DNA of 64,000 nt from positions 4,192,001 through 4,256,000 of the forward strand of contig OZ245033.1 in assembly GCA_965224025.1 (NCBI GenBank). Reading direction: 5' to 3'. The position numbers were made by a program, and so were the translations under genes. Positions 31,597-40,477 of this stretch are shown here, piece by piece. This stretch comes from Candidatus Multivorans sp. (lineage in GTDB: Bacteria > Acidobacteriota > Thermoanaerobaculia > Multivoradales > Multivoraceae). How positions within the stretch are numbered: the first letter of the stretch is position 1; each line of letters begins with the position of its first letter. The notes beneath the pieces were generated by a model, which saw only the letters and a list, made by a program, of their open reading frames with translations, was not told where the DNA came from and ran no database searches.

Positions 31597-31899
31597 ATGA
31601 CGATCGATGAAATCGTGGCCGACATGGCGGCGAAGGCGGCAGCAATCGACCCCCTCGGGAAGACACTGCTCTTCCATTTCGACGAGGAGCGGATGCTGAT
31701 CGACGGGACGGGTGAGGTGAACGTCGTCTCGAACGTGTCCAGGGAGGAGGTCGACTCGGACTGCACGGTGCGGATGTCGATCGACACCTTCATCAAGTTG
31801 CAGCGCAAGCAGATCAAGCCCTTCATGGCCGTGGTCTCGGGGAAGATCAAGGTCAAGGGCGACATGTCGATTGCCGCCAAGCTGAAGAAGCTGACCTGA
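31597..31899 (+). CDS. SCP2 sterol/lipid-binding domain protein
   Basis: DCTVRMSIDTF...PFMAVVSGKIKVKGDMSIAAKL. Confidence 0.88.
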   Translation: MTIDEIVADMAAKAAAIDPLGKTLLFHFDEERMLIDGTGEVNVVSNVSREEVDSDCTVRMSIDTFIKLQRKQIKPFMAVVSGKIKVKGDMSIAAKLKKLT

Positions 31900-31901
31900 G
31901 T

Positions 31902-33158
31902 TTGGCGAGTCCGTCGATCCGGATCCGGCAGCCGGTCGCCCTCAAGGCCGTCAACCGTGTCGGGGCGGCAGCCCGGTGGTGCGGGCTGAAGCCCTTCGCG
32001 TTGGAGCCGGAGCGAATTCTCGAAAAGGCGCGGCGGGCCAGCGGGTTCGCCGTTGACGATCCCATGTTCCAGGAGGGGCTTGAGCGCTTGGTTGACGGGC
32101 TCGAAACGCACGCTCGGTTGACGACCTTCGGGCGTCTGGCCGCGCGGGGCACCGTCCAGCGTTCGGCCGATTCACGCTCAAAGGTGGAACTGGCGCTTGC
32201 GGAGCAGCCCGAGATCGGCGACGAGCCGATCCGTGCCCCGGTCTTCATCGTCGGCATGCCCAGAAGCGGAACGACGATTCTCCACGCCCTTCTCCACCTG
32301 GACCGGGACCACCGGGCGCCGCTGTCCTGGGAGTGCCTGCTGCCCCACCCGGCGCCACGGCCCGAGGACCACGACGACAACGAGCGGGTCGAGACGGTGC
32401 GCAAGGAGTTCGACCAGATCTTCCGGCTCGTGCCGGACTTCCGGCGCAAGCACTACATGACCGCCGACTCGCCGCAGGAGTGCGTCGGCATCACGGCGCT
32501 CAACTTCGCGAGCTTCCAGTACCTGGCGATGGCCTACCTGCCGGAGTACCACGACTGGTTCGTCAACGCGGACCAGTTAGCGAACCTGCGGTGGCACCGG
32601 CGATTCCTCCAGTTCCTGCAGTCGGGCGGCGTTCGCACCCGTCGCTGGCTGCTGAAGTCGCCTGTCCACCTGATGCGGCTGCGGGCCCTCTTTGAGGTCT
32701 ATCCTGACGCCCGGGTCATCGTGACCCATCGCCACCCGGCGTCCGTCGTGCCGTCGGTGGCGAGCCTGATCTCGTCGATGCGATCGTTCTACTCGGACCA
32801 CGAGGACACGTTGCGAACGGGGCGTGAGCAACTCCTGATCTGGGCCGAGTACTTCGCCCGCTTCCTGCGCGACCGCCGGGAACTCGGCCGCGAGGACCAG
32901 ATGGTCGACGTCTTCTTCGACGATTTCGTCAAGAACCAGATGGCGGTCGTCGACTCGATCTACTCGCGCTTCGGCTGGAAGTTGCGGCCGGAGGACCGGG
33001 CCCGAATGAAAAAGCTGCTGCAACGGGAGCACCGCGGAAAGCACGGCGTTCACCAGTACTCGCTCGGCCAGATCAGGGTCACCCGACCCGAGCTCGACAA
33101 CAAGTACGCCCACTACCTGGACTTTCTGGAGGCCTGTGACGGCCTGGGAGCAACTTGA
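31902..33158 (+). CDS. Sulfotransferase (long mycobacterial-like family)
   Basis: PVFIVGMPRSGTTILH, WLLKSPVH, VTHRHPASVVPS. Confidence 0.88.
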   Translation: MASPSIRIRQPVALKAVNRVGAAARWCGLKPFALEPERILEKARRASGFAVDDPMFQEGLERLVDGLETHARLTTFGRLAARGTVQRSADSRSKVELALAEQPEIGDEPIRAPVFIVGMPRSGTTILHALLHLDRDHRAPLSWECLLPHPAPRPEDHDDNERVETVRKEFDQIFRLVPDFRRKHYMTADSPQECVGITALNFASFQYLAMAYLPEYHDWFVNADQLANLRWHRRFLQFLQSGGVRTRRWLLKSPVHLMRLRALFEVYPDARVIVTHRHPASVVPSVASLISSMRSFYSDHEDTLRTGREQLLIWAEYFARFLRDRRELGREDQMVDVFFDDFVKNQMAVVDSIYSRFGWKLRPEDRARMKKLLQREHRGKHGVHQYSLGQIRVTRPELDNKYAHYLDFLEACDGLGAT

Positions 33159-33160
33159 AG

Positions 33161-34225
33161 ATGAGTGATACCGACTTCGAGAGCCGGCAGGCGCTGCACG
33201 AATTCCTCGACGTCATCCGCAACGCGGAGCAGACGTTCCTCGACCCCGAGAAGGAACTCGACCACCAGGGCCACGTGGACGGCTACCAGCACCTGTTTCA
33301 CCTGATGCAGGTGACGGTGGACTTCTACCTCCACAACGATTCCCTTCGCCCAAAGCTGATGCGGCTCACCGACGGGACCCGCAAGCTCTACGGCGACAAC
33401 GTGGACGCGGTCTACTACTTCTCCCAGGTTCGCGGCGACCAGGAGTACGTCATCCGGGGGCAGCGCTTCGACAGTTGCTACCTGAGCTTCTGCCTCTACG
33501 GCGGAGATCCGAACGGCGAACTCGCGGACCGGGTGACGCTCAATGTCAACCACCGCGACATCGCGTTCGACGACGACGGGTCATTCGAGATCCGGCTTAC
33601 GCCCGATCCGAAGGGCCCGAACGAGTTCCGCATCGAGCCCGACTCGGTGTCGCTCTTCACTCGCGAGTACTTCTTCGACCAGGCGTCGTCACGGGAGAGC
33701 ATCCTCAGCATCCGCAACTCCTCGCAGCAGCCTCCCGCGCTGCCCCTGGACGACGCCGAGCTGGCACGTCGCATCCGCAGCATGGCGATGTTCTTCATGT
33801 GCACGACCTGGATCGCTCCCCTGCCGGTCCATCTCCCGTTCAACGAGTTCTGCCCGCCGTGGGAGTTCGACCCGGAGCAGGGCGGCTGGGGAACGGTCGA
33901 CAACACCTACTGCTTCTGCCGCTTCCGGCTGCGGGAACACCAGCACCTGAAGGTGACCTTCCGGTCCCCGGAGGCCTGCTACTGGGGCCTCCAGACCTGG
34001 AACTACCTGATGCAGTCCACCAACTACGACGACTTCCCGGTGTGCGTCAACAAGGCAACCGCGGTGGCCGAACCGGACGGCAGCTACGTCGTCTACCTGA
34101 GCCACCGGGAGGCGCCGACGAACTGGATCAGCACCGCCGGCTACAACGAGGGCACTCTCTTCGCCCGCTGGCTGCTGGCCGAAGAGCTGCCGGAGACGCC
34201 CGAAGTCGAACTCGGTGAGTGGTAG
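33161..34225 (+). CDS. DUF1214-domain protein
   Basis: GDNVDAVY, DDDGSFEI, PDGSYVVYLSH...NWISTAG...GTLFARW; typical partner of this sulfotransferase family. Confidence 0.72.
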   Translation: MSDTDFESRQALHEFLDVIRNAEQTFLDPEKELDHQGHVDGYQHLFHLMQVTVDFYLHNDSLRPKLMRLTDGTRKLYGDNVDAVYYFSQVRGDQEYVIRGQRFDSCYLSFCLYGGDPNGELADRVTLNVNHRDIAFDDDGSFEIRLTPDPKGPNEFRIEPDSVSLFTREYFFDQASSRESILSIRNSSQQPPALPLDDAELARRIRSMAMFFMCTTWIAPLPVHLPFNEFCPPWEFDPEQGGWGTVDNTYCFCRFRLREHQHLKVTFRSPEACYWGLQTWNYLMQSTNYDDFPVCVNKATAVAEPDGSYVVYLSHREAPTNWISTAGYNEGTLFARWLLAEELPETPEVELGEW

Positions 34226-34932
34226 AGGCGGGTAGTTGAAGTTACAAGGCTCGGGCACGCCGCTTCGCAGCGCCGTGCTCAATGCCGGCCAGAGCGTCAG
34301 CGCGCCCAGCGGAGGCCAACCCGACGACGTCCACCCCGCGGAGGGGCTCAGGGAGCCGTCACCCGGAACGATTCCCCGGCGGACCGCCCCGTCGGGCGCG
34401 GCGCCGGCAGCGGGGCCCTCGTCGCTATTCTCCTCAATCCCCGCGGCCGGGAGCTCCGAGCCGCCGCCAAGCCTCTCCTCTCGTTTTGCCCTCGGTCCTC
34501 CTTGCCAACGTCTGCCCTCCACAATCCAACGGGATGGCCGCTGTGTCACCGACCTTGGCAGAGAGGCCAACGCCCGAGCGCAGCTAACCGAGTTGATGAA
34601 AAGCGGGGGCGCTGGCAGGCGCCCAACCCTGCTATGGTACTAAGCAATGAGCAGGACGCGCAGAACGTGGCGGGAAGCCGCCGAACAGACCGGTAACGTG
34701 TCTCAGGCCATCCGGGACAAGAACGCGCGAGAAAGAGCCCCTCAGGAATCCCAGTGACGATCCTCGAGTACTCGTCGCCGAAGTTCGCGCTGACGAACTA
34801 CGCTTGCCAAAATGGTTCGCTGCGCTTCCCGACTGGCTTCAAATCGTCCTTCTCTTCGGCGTCGTGCTGGGGATCTTCGTGTGGCGCACCCTCGTTGTTA
34901 TGGACGGGTCCATTGGCCAGTTCTTCAAGAGC

Positions 34933-36015
34933 CTAGTGTAGTGTCTCCAACATGGCTTTACCACGTGTAACCTTTGCGACGATGCTGTCGGCGGTGGCCG
35001 TCCAGACGAACGGCCGGGAGTTTTCGTTGCTGTGGTCCACATAGTCGTAGATGGTCTTTACGAGGTCGTTGACGCTCTGGAATGCACCGCGCCGGATCGC
35101 CTTCGTGGTCAGACCGCCCAGCCAGCGTTCGACCAGGTTAAGCCAGGGCGACGAAGTGGGAATGAAATGGAGGTGGAAGCGAGGCTTTCGCTCCAGCCAT
35201 GCGCGCACGGCGGCGTGTTTGTGGGTCTGGTAGTTGTCCAGGATCAGGTGCAGGTCGAGGTGCTTTGGGATCTCACGGTCGAGACGCTTGAGGAAACGGA
35301 GAAACTCCTGGTGGCGCTGCCGGCCCATGCACTCCGCGATCACCGTGCCCTCCAACACGTTCAGCGCAGCGAACAACGTCGTCGTCCCGTTGCGCTTGTA
35401 GTCGTGGGTCATCGTTCCCGCGCGGCCGCGCTTGAGCGGCAAACCTGGCTGGGTCCGGTCCAGAGCCTGGATCTGGCTCTTCTCGTCCACGCACGGCACA
35501 AGCGCATTCTCGGGCGGATTCCGGTACAGGCCCACAACGTCCCGCAGCTTTTCCACGAACCTGGGGTCGTTACTCAGCTTGAACGTCCTGACCAGATGGG
35601 GCTTCAGCCCGTGCGCCGCCCAGATGCGCTGGACCGCCGCCGGACTGATGCCCTGGGCCCGAGCCATCGAACGCACGCTCCAGTGGGTCTGACCGGGCGG
35701 CTTCTCGTGCAGCGTCGCTTCGATCACTTTACGCACGACCGACTCCGAGAGCGGCGGCTTTCCGCAACCGCGGGGACGATCCCTGGTCAGCCCCGAAGGC
35801 CCGTCCTCCGCGAACCGACGACGCCACAGCAGCACCGTGGGCCGCGAAACTCCGAGTTTCGCCGCGATCGCCCGATTGGCCGTGCCCTCCGCCGCAGCGA
35901 GCACGATCCGGCTACGCCGGACCGTGCGTTGTGGCGTCGTCGGCGCCTCTACCCATTTCTTGAGAAGCGCTCGATCGCTCTCTTCGATGTCAAGTCGTTC
36001 CGCTGGTTCCCACAT
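34933..36015 (-). CDS. IS630 transposase
   Basis: HTH, HWSVRSMA, VDEKSQIQAL, THDYKRNGTTTLFA, ILDNYQTH, WLNLVERW. The stop codon lies in the IS terminus. Confidence 0.95.
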   Translation of the reverse strand: MWEPAERLDIEESDRALLKKWVEAPTTPQRTVRRSRIVLAAAEGTANRAIAAKLGVSRPTVLLWRRRFAEDGPSGLTRDRPRGCGKPPLSESVVRKVIEATLHEKPPGQTHWSVRSMARAQGISPAAVQRIWAAHGLKPHLVRTFKLSNDPRFVEKLRDVVGLYRNPPENALVPCVDEKSQIQALDRTQPGLPLKRGRAGTMTHDYKRNGTTTLFAALNVLEGTVIAECMGRQRHQEFLRFLKRLDREIPKHLDLHLILDNYQTHKHAAVRAWLERKPRFHLHFIPTSSPWLNLVERWLGGLTTKAIRRGAFQSVNDLVKTIYDYVDHSNENSRPFVWTATADSIVAKVTRGKAMLETLH

Positions 36016-36075
36016 GAACGGAATACTGACGAACTTAACCGAAACTGTCAACCCATGTCGGAGACACTACACTAG
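34933..36075. mobile_element. IS630 family insertion sequence
   Basis: Terminal inverted repeats CTAGTGTAGTGTCTCCRACATG at 34933-34954 and 36054-36075 (1 mismatch), including the duplicated TA/CTAG target. Confidence 0.93.
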
Positions 36076-36824
36076 CTAGAGATTGCGCACGCACTCGAGA
36101 TGAGTGCTTCAATCCGTTGAGCGTCCACTAGAAGCTCCCACGGTATCCAACAACTGGGACACGGGCCTCCGTGATACCACTCGTGCCAAAGCAGCCACTC
36201 TCCGTACATGTCTGTTTCGTAGATGTTGAAGGGGTGTTCTGGGTCGTCCGGACCGCACTCCGCATCACAAAAGGGTTGGCTCACGGACGCCAACCCCTCA
36301 TCTTTTCCCTCTTCTTCCTCCTCCTCGGCGACCGGTTCGCCTGCGTCTCTATCGAGGATCGCGAACAGGCGTTCACGAAGCACCGAGTCCGGTTCGCCTC
36401 CTGACACGATAGACAGCGCATAAAGGACGTTGGCCTTCTTGGCTGGCCACTCTTCCCAAACTACTCTTCTGTGGCCGAGTTCTCGAAGCGACTGACGAAC
36501 AACGGATAGCGGTTCGGCGTTGGCCAAGACCGCGTTGGCGTAGATGCGCTGGAGTTGGTAGCTTTCGGCACGAGCGACCAGAGCAGAAAACTCTGCGTCA
36601 ACGATCTGGTCGTCTCCGAACCCGAAAGCGACGGCATCAGCGTAGAGTTTCTCGACAACGGCCGCGTCAGGTGGCGACGCGGGGCCGCGTTCATTTAGCG
36701 GTTGCGCGCCAGGAGCAGCGGCCCTCACCTCATCCTCGCCCGACGCGATCACCTGTCCCTGTGTTGCAACTGCGAACAGCATCAACAACACGCTGAGTAG
36801 CGCGCCACGGTTCAATTCCCTCAT
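36072..36824 (-). CDS. Orphan secreted protein, lower GC, ending at the IS630 junction
   Basis: Signal peptide, acidic tract and Cys/Trp-rich segment. The stop TAG is the IS target site. Confidence 0.6.
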   Translation of the reverse strand: MRELNRGALLSVLLMLFAVATQGQVIASGEDEVRAAAPGAQPLNERGPASPPDAAVVEKLYADAVAFGFGDDQIVDAEFSALVARAESYQLQRIYANAVLANAEPLSVVRQSLRELGHRRVVWEEWPAKKANVLYALSIVSGGEPDSVLRERLFAILDRDAGEPVAEEEEEEGKDEGLASVSQPFCDAECGPDDPEHPFNIYETDMYGEWLLWHEWYHGGPCPSCWIPWELLVDAQRIEALISSACAISS

Positions 36825-37021
36825 TCGTAGCCTCCCTTTGGGGGTGCGCTACAGCCCGCCCGTCAGCGGCCCATCCGCGACGACCCGACCGTAGACTGAA
36901 GGTAAGACGGTATGGACGACACCACAGGAGGGAGAGGGTTGCTACGCTGGGACTTGGCCCGCTACGGCCCGCGACCTCGCCCGGCTGTCGGGCTGGAAGT
37001 AAGACACGCCCCTCATTCTGA

Positions 37022-37170
37022 GGCGGCCGTTGCGTCCGCCGTAGCGGGTCAACCCCTACCGCCGGGCCCGTTGCGAACCTGACGACCGAAAGGCAGGGGG
37101 GCCACGACCCGCGAGGGTCGTTCTCCGAGTCGGGGCGGAGCCACAGGGGAGGAGGAAGGGATACGCGCTG
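37022..37170 (+). ncRNA. Possible structured RNA (consecutive hairpins with GNRA loops), unassigned
   Basis: ACGACCC-GCGA-GGGTCGT, CC-GAAA-GG inside CCTG..CAGG, GTAG(C)GGG-TCAA-CCCCTAC. Confidence 0.3.
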
Positions 37171-37267
37171 TAGTGGTTGTGACGGAGGCGGCCGAACGGT
37201 GTAGAGAAGGCGATAGAGAAGTGCGCTCTAGCTAAGCTAGCCCTCCAACCTCCGCGAAAGCGCGGGG

Positions 37268-37337
37268 CCGGGTGGCGCGATCCGCGCCACCCGTGAACCA
37301 GTTCGCCCGCCCGTCAGCGGGCGCACGGATGGCACGG
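37268..37337. repeat. Diverged copy of composite repeat family A
   Basis: GGGTGGCGCGATCCGCGCCACCC..GAACCA..GGGCGCACGGATGGCACG. Confidence 0.7.
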
Positions 37338-37411
37338 GACCTGGGACCCTCCCCCTGAGCCCGGAGCGGGCGGGTAACACCGACGCCGCCTCGCCGGCCC
37401 GGAACCGGTCG

Positions 37412-38641
37412 CTACAGCCAGTCGCGGTCGGCGATCTTCTTCGGCAGGAACTCCTCGGTGACGAAGGAGAGGCCCTTGCTGGAGAGGGCTTCGAGCTCCC
37501 ACTTGACGCCGGTGCGGAGCATGTTCTTGATTTCCTTCTGCCAGGCCTTGGCCTTGAACCACTCGTAGTTCAGGATTTCCTTGGCGCGGGAGCGGTCCTG
37601 GTCGTTCAGGCGGATGCTGACGTCTTCGGAGAGATCGTAGGCGGCGGGATCGAAGCTGGAAAGGCCGATGAAGCGGGCCCTGGGGACGGCCATTCGCTTC
37701 GACTCGAATGCGAGGCCGATCGAGCCCTGCTTGACGACGGAGTGGATGTAGTAGCCCCAGGGGTCGTTGTCGACGAAGACGTAGAGCGGCAGCTTCAGTT
37801 CGTTGACCATGCGGAAGAGCAGGCGCCGGACGCCGCGTGGGGGTTGGCCCTGGCCGGTGACGAGGATGCAATCGTGGCGCTTCCAGAACTTGTCCTCGTT
37901 GAGACGGGCCCATACCGCCTCCTTCTCGACCAGGAGAATGAACTTGGCGCCGTGGCCGACGAAGCGGATCGTGTCCGGTTCGACGATGCCGGGCACCGAC
38001 CAGCCGCCCGAGCCCATGCGGGAGAGGTCGATCACGTCGCCGGCGTCGACCAGGGTGAGCGGACCGACCACGGAGCCGCGCTTGGCGGCGAACAGGTGCA
38101 GCTCCTCGCGCAGCGTGCCGAGCGTGACTTCGAGATCCTCGATGATCGGGTCCGACTCCTCCTGGCCGTCGAAGGTGTTCTCCTTGCCGTCGGCCAGGGT
38201 GTGCTTGCTCATGTAGTACAGGTCGCGGATGCTTGTCGTCTTCTGCTCGTCGAGAAGCTGGGTGCAGCCGCGGGCGACGAGGAGCGTCTGCATGTACTTG
38301 CGGGCCTGGTTCAGGTTGAAGAGCGAGCGGCGCTGAGTCGCGTCGCCCATCTCGATGATCTTCTTGCGCTTCGAGAAGGTCACGTTCGAGAGCGTCCGCG
38401 AGGGGATGTCGACGAAGGGATCGACCTCGCGGCGGGCCATCGCGATCGTCTTCTTCGCCAGGTGCTCGATCTTGGCCTTGGCGTCGAGGCTGGCCGGGAT
38501 CCTGAGCCGCCCCTCCTCGGCGGCGGCCGGCGCCGGCCCGTCCTTCGCACTCGCGTTGCTGTCAGAGCCGGCGCCGGATGCGGGCGAGACGCCCGCGTTC
38601 CCAGGACCGGAACGACGCTTCACGCCACGCTCCCCAGCCAT
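37412..38641 (-). CDS. top6A: DNA topoisomerase VI subunit A (Spo11 family)
   Basis: SIRDLYY catalytic Tyr, ESDPIIEDLE, TOPRIM VEKEA, GQGQP, DNDPWG, ELEAL. Confidence 0.93.
   Translation of the reverse strand: MAGERGVKRRSGPGNAGVSPASGAGSDSNASAKDGPAPAAAEEGRLRIPASLDAKAKIEHLAKKTIAMARREVDPFVDIPSRTLSNVTFSKRKKIIEMGDATQRRSLFNLNQARKYMQTLLVARGCTQLLDEQKTTSIRDLYYMSKHTLADGKENTFDGQEESDPIIEDLEVTLGTLREELHLFAAKRGSVVGPLTLVDAGDVIDLSRMGSGGWSVPGIVEPDTIRFVGHGAKFILLVEKEAVWARLNEDKFWKRHDCILVTGQGQPPRGVRRLLFRMVNELKLPLYVFVDNDPWGYYIHSVVKQGSIGLAFESKRMAVPRARFIGLSSFDPAAYDLSEDVSIRLNDQDRSRAKEILNYEWFKAKAWQKEIKNMLRTGVKWELEALSSKGLSFVTEEFLPKKIADRDWL
38571..38605. repeat. REP-like unit (family A) in frame within the top6A N-terminus
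   Basis: GCGCCGGATGCGGGCGAGACGCCCGCGTTCCCAGG encodes PGNAGVSPASGA on the minus strand. Confidence 0.8.
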
Positions 38642-40449
38642 CACACCAACTCCAATTGCGAACCGGGATCGCGATCGACCTCGGCAGGGATCGGCGGCGG
38701 CAGTTGCTCCGGCGAATCCACATCCTCGACGACGGGCTCAGCTTCCTCCTGAGACTCGTCCTCTCCGTTCGCAGCCGCGGCGGCAGCAGCAGCCGGCGCC
38801 GCCGGCTCGGCGTCCGGATCGACCACCAGCACGTTCTCGCAGGCCTCCAGATCATCGCCTGCCGCGGCGCCCTTTGCCTCTTCGAGCATGCCTGCCAGCT
38901 CCGTCTTGCGGCGGCTGATTGCCAGCAGCCGATCGCGGAACAGCTTCTGGTCCTTGCCCGTGATGGCCTCGACCGAACTGACGACCTCCTCGATGTAGAG
39001 GTTGAAGACCTCCCGGCGCCGGGCCTCGCTCTTTGCCCGCGCCTTGCGCTTGACGTACTGGCCGAGACGGCGGCCGCACGTCTGCACCGCGAGCTTGATC
39101 TCCTTGCGGATCTCGTCGTAGTCGGCGACCGCGACCTTGCTCTCGGAACTGAACGGCACCCACACCGAGGCGAGATGAACGAGCACGATCAGCGGTCCCG
39201 AAGGCAGCGCTCCCCGCGACTGGGTCAAGCCGTAGTTGCGCCACGAGACGTCCATCACCGCCTTGGTGATGCAGCAGGAGCCGGCGTAGTACTGGAGCGG
39301 CACCCGGTTGGCGAAGCGCAGCACCTTGGCCAATTCGTCCCCTGCCAGATCGCCGCCCCAGGCCAGACCGACCTCGACCTGGAACGGATTGCCGCGGTAG
39401 ACCGCCGGCCGCCGCGTCTCCACGCCGTAGAACTCGGCCCGGACTCCCCGGGTCAAGCCGGCGAGAAGCTCCTGGACGCCGATCGGCGACAGGCAGTCCG
39501 TCGACGGCGGCCGGACACGCGTACTCTTGTCGTTGATCGCCTTGTAGAGCGCATCGACGGTTTGCCGGGCCACTGTGTTCGGGCGCGCCTTCGGGTTGAT
39601 GCCGGCCCGCTTCGCCAGCCCCCCCGCGAGCTGCGGCGAGACGCGGCTGAAGTCCCGCGACAGGAACCGGGTGACCGTCTTGTGCTCGGTCGACTGCAGC
39701 ATCTTCATCAGCACGCCGAGTTCGACGCCGTGGGGATGCGGCTTGATCTCCCGCGGCGCCGCCGGGTTCTGCCGCACGGTGCGCGCCCAGGAGGCCGTCT
39801 CGCCGTTCGGGCTCCGGTAGTGCAGCGTCGCGTGCGGGTTCGCGACCGCGACCTGGTGCAGGAACTCCTCGACCGACTGACGACCCTTGAGGTACTTCGC
39901 CTCCAGTTCCACTTCCACCAGCGTGCCGTGGTCCAGGTGCCAGTCGGGAAGGGTCCGACGACCGATCGCCTTGGGCTTGTTCGTGTTCGTGTCGACCATG
40001 ACCTGCATCGCGTAGGCCGGCGCCTCCGGCCCCGTACGCGACTCCACGGAGGCCGGCTTGCCGGTCGTCAACTGGCCGTACATCGCCGCCGCCGAGATGC
40101 CGATGCCCTGCTGGCCCCGGCTCTGCTTCAGGCTGTGGAACTTCGAGCCGTAGAGCAGTTGGCCGAAGATCTTCGGCGCCTGTGCGGGGACGATGCCGGG
40201 GCCGTTGTCCGTAACCCGCACGAGGTAACGGTTCGTGCCCTTCGCGGCTTCGAGCTCGACCCAGATCTCGGGCAGGATGCCCGCTTCTTCGCAAGCGTCG
40301 AGCGAGTTGTCCACCGCCTCCTTGACCGTGGTCAGGAGGGCTTTGCGCAGCGAATCGAAGCCGAGCAGGTGCCGGTTCTTGGCGAAGAACTCGGATACCG
40401 AGATCTCCCGCTGGCGTCGGGAAAGCGTTTCAGCGGTGACTCGGGTCAT
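38641..40449 (-). CDS. top6B: DNA topoisomerase VI subunit B
   Basis: ISVSEFFAKNRHLLGFD, EAVDNSLDACE, DNGPGI, QSRGQQGIG, RFANRVPL, VPFSSESK. Confidence 0.95.
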   Translation of the reverse strand: MTRVTAETLSRRQREISVSEFFAKNRHLLGFDSLRKALLTTVKEAVDNSLDACEEAGILPEIWVELEAAKGTNRYLVRVTDNGPGIVPAQAPKIFGQLLYGSKFHSLKQSRGQQGIGISAAAMYGQLTTGKPASVESRTGPEAPAYAMQVMVDTNTNKPKAIGRRTLPDWHLDHGTLVEVELEAKYLKGRQSVEEFLHQVAVANPHATLHYRSPNGETASWARTVRQNPAAPREIKPHPHGVELGVLMKMLQSTEHKTVTRFLSRDFSRVSPQLAGGLAKRAGINPKARPNTVARQTVDALYKAINDKSTRVRPPSTDCLSPIGVQELLAGLTRGVRAEFYGVETRRPAVYRGNPFQVEVGLAWGGDLAGDELAKVLRFANRVPLQYYAGSCCITKAVMDVSWRNYGLTQSRGALPSGPLIVLVHLASVWVPFSSESKVAVADYDEIRKEIKLAVQTCGRRLGQYVKRKARAKSEARRREVFNLYIEEVVSSVEAITGKDQKLFRDRLLAISRRKTELAGMLEEAKGAAAGDDLEACENVLVVDPDAEPAAPAAAAAAAANGEDESQEEAEPVVEDVDSPEQLPPPIPAEVDRDPGSQLELV

Positions 40450-40477
40450 AGGCTTGCTTCCGCGGATCGCGGGCGGG

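Noticed and set aside
37078-37097. CTGACGA..GAAA resembling a hammerhead core or c-di-GMP-I riboswitch
   Set aside because: GAAA is the loop of the stem rather than following it, and the remaining consensus nucleotides are missing.
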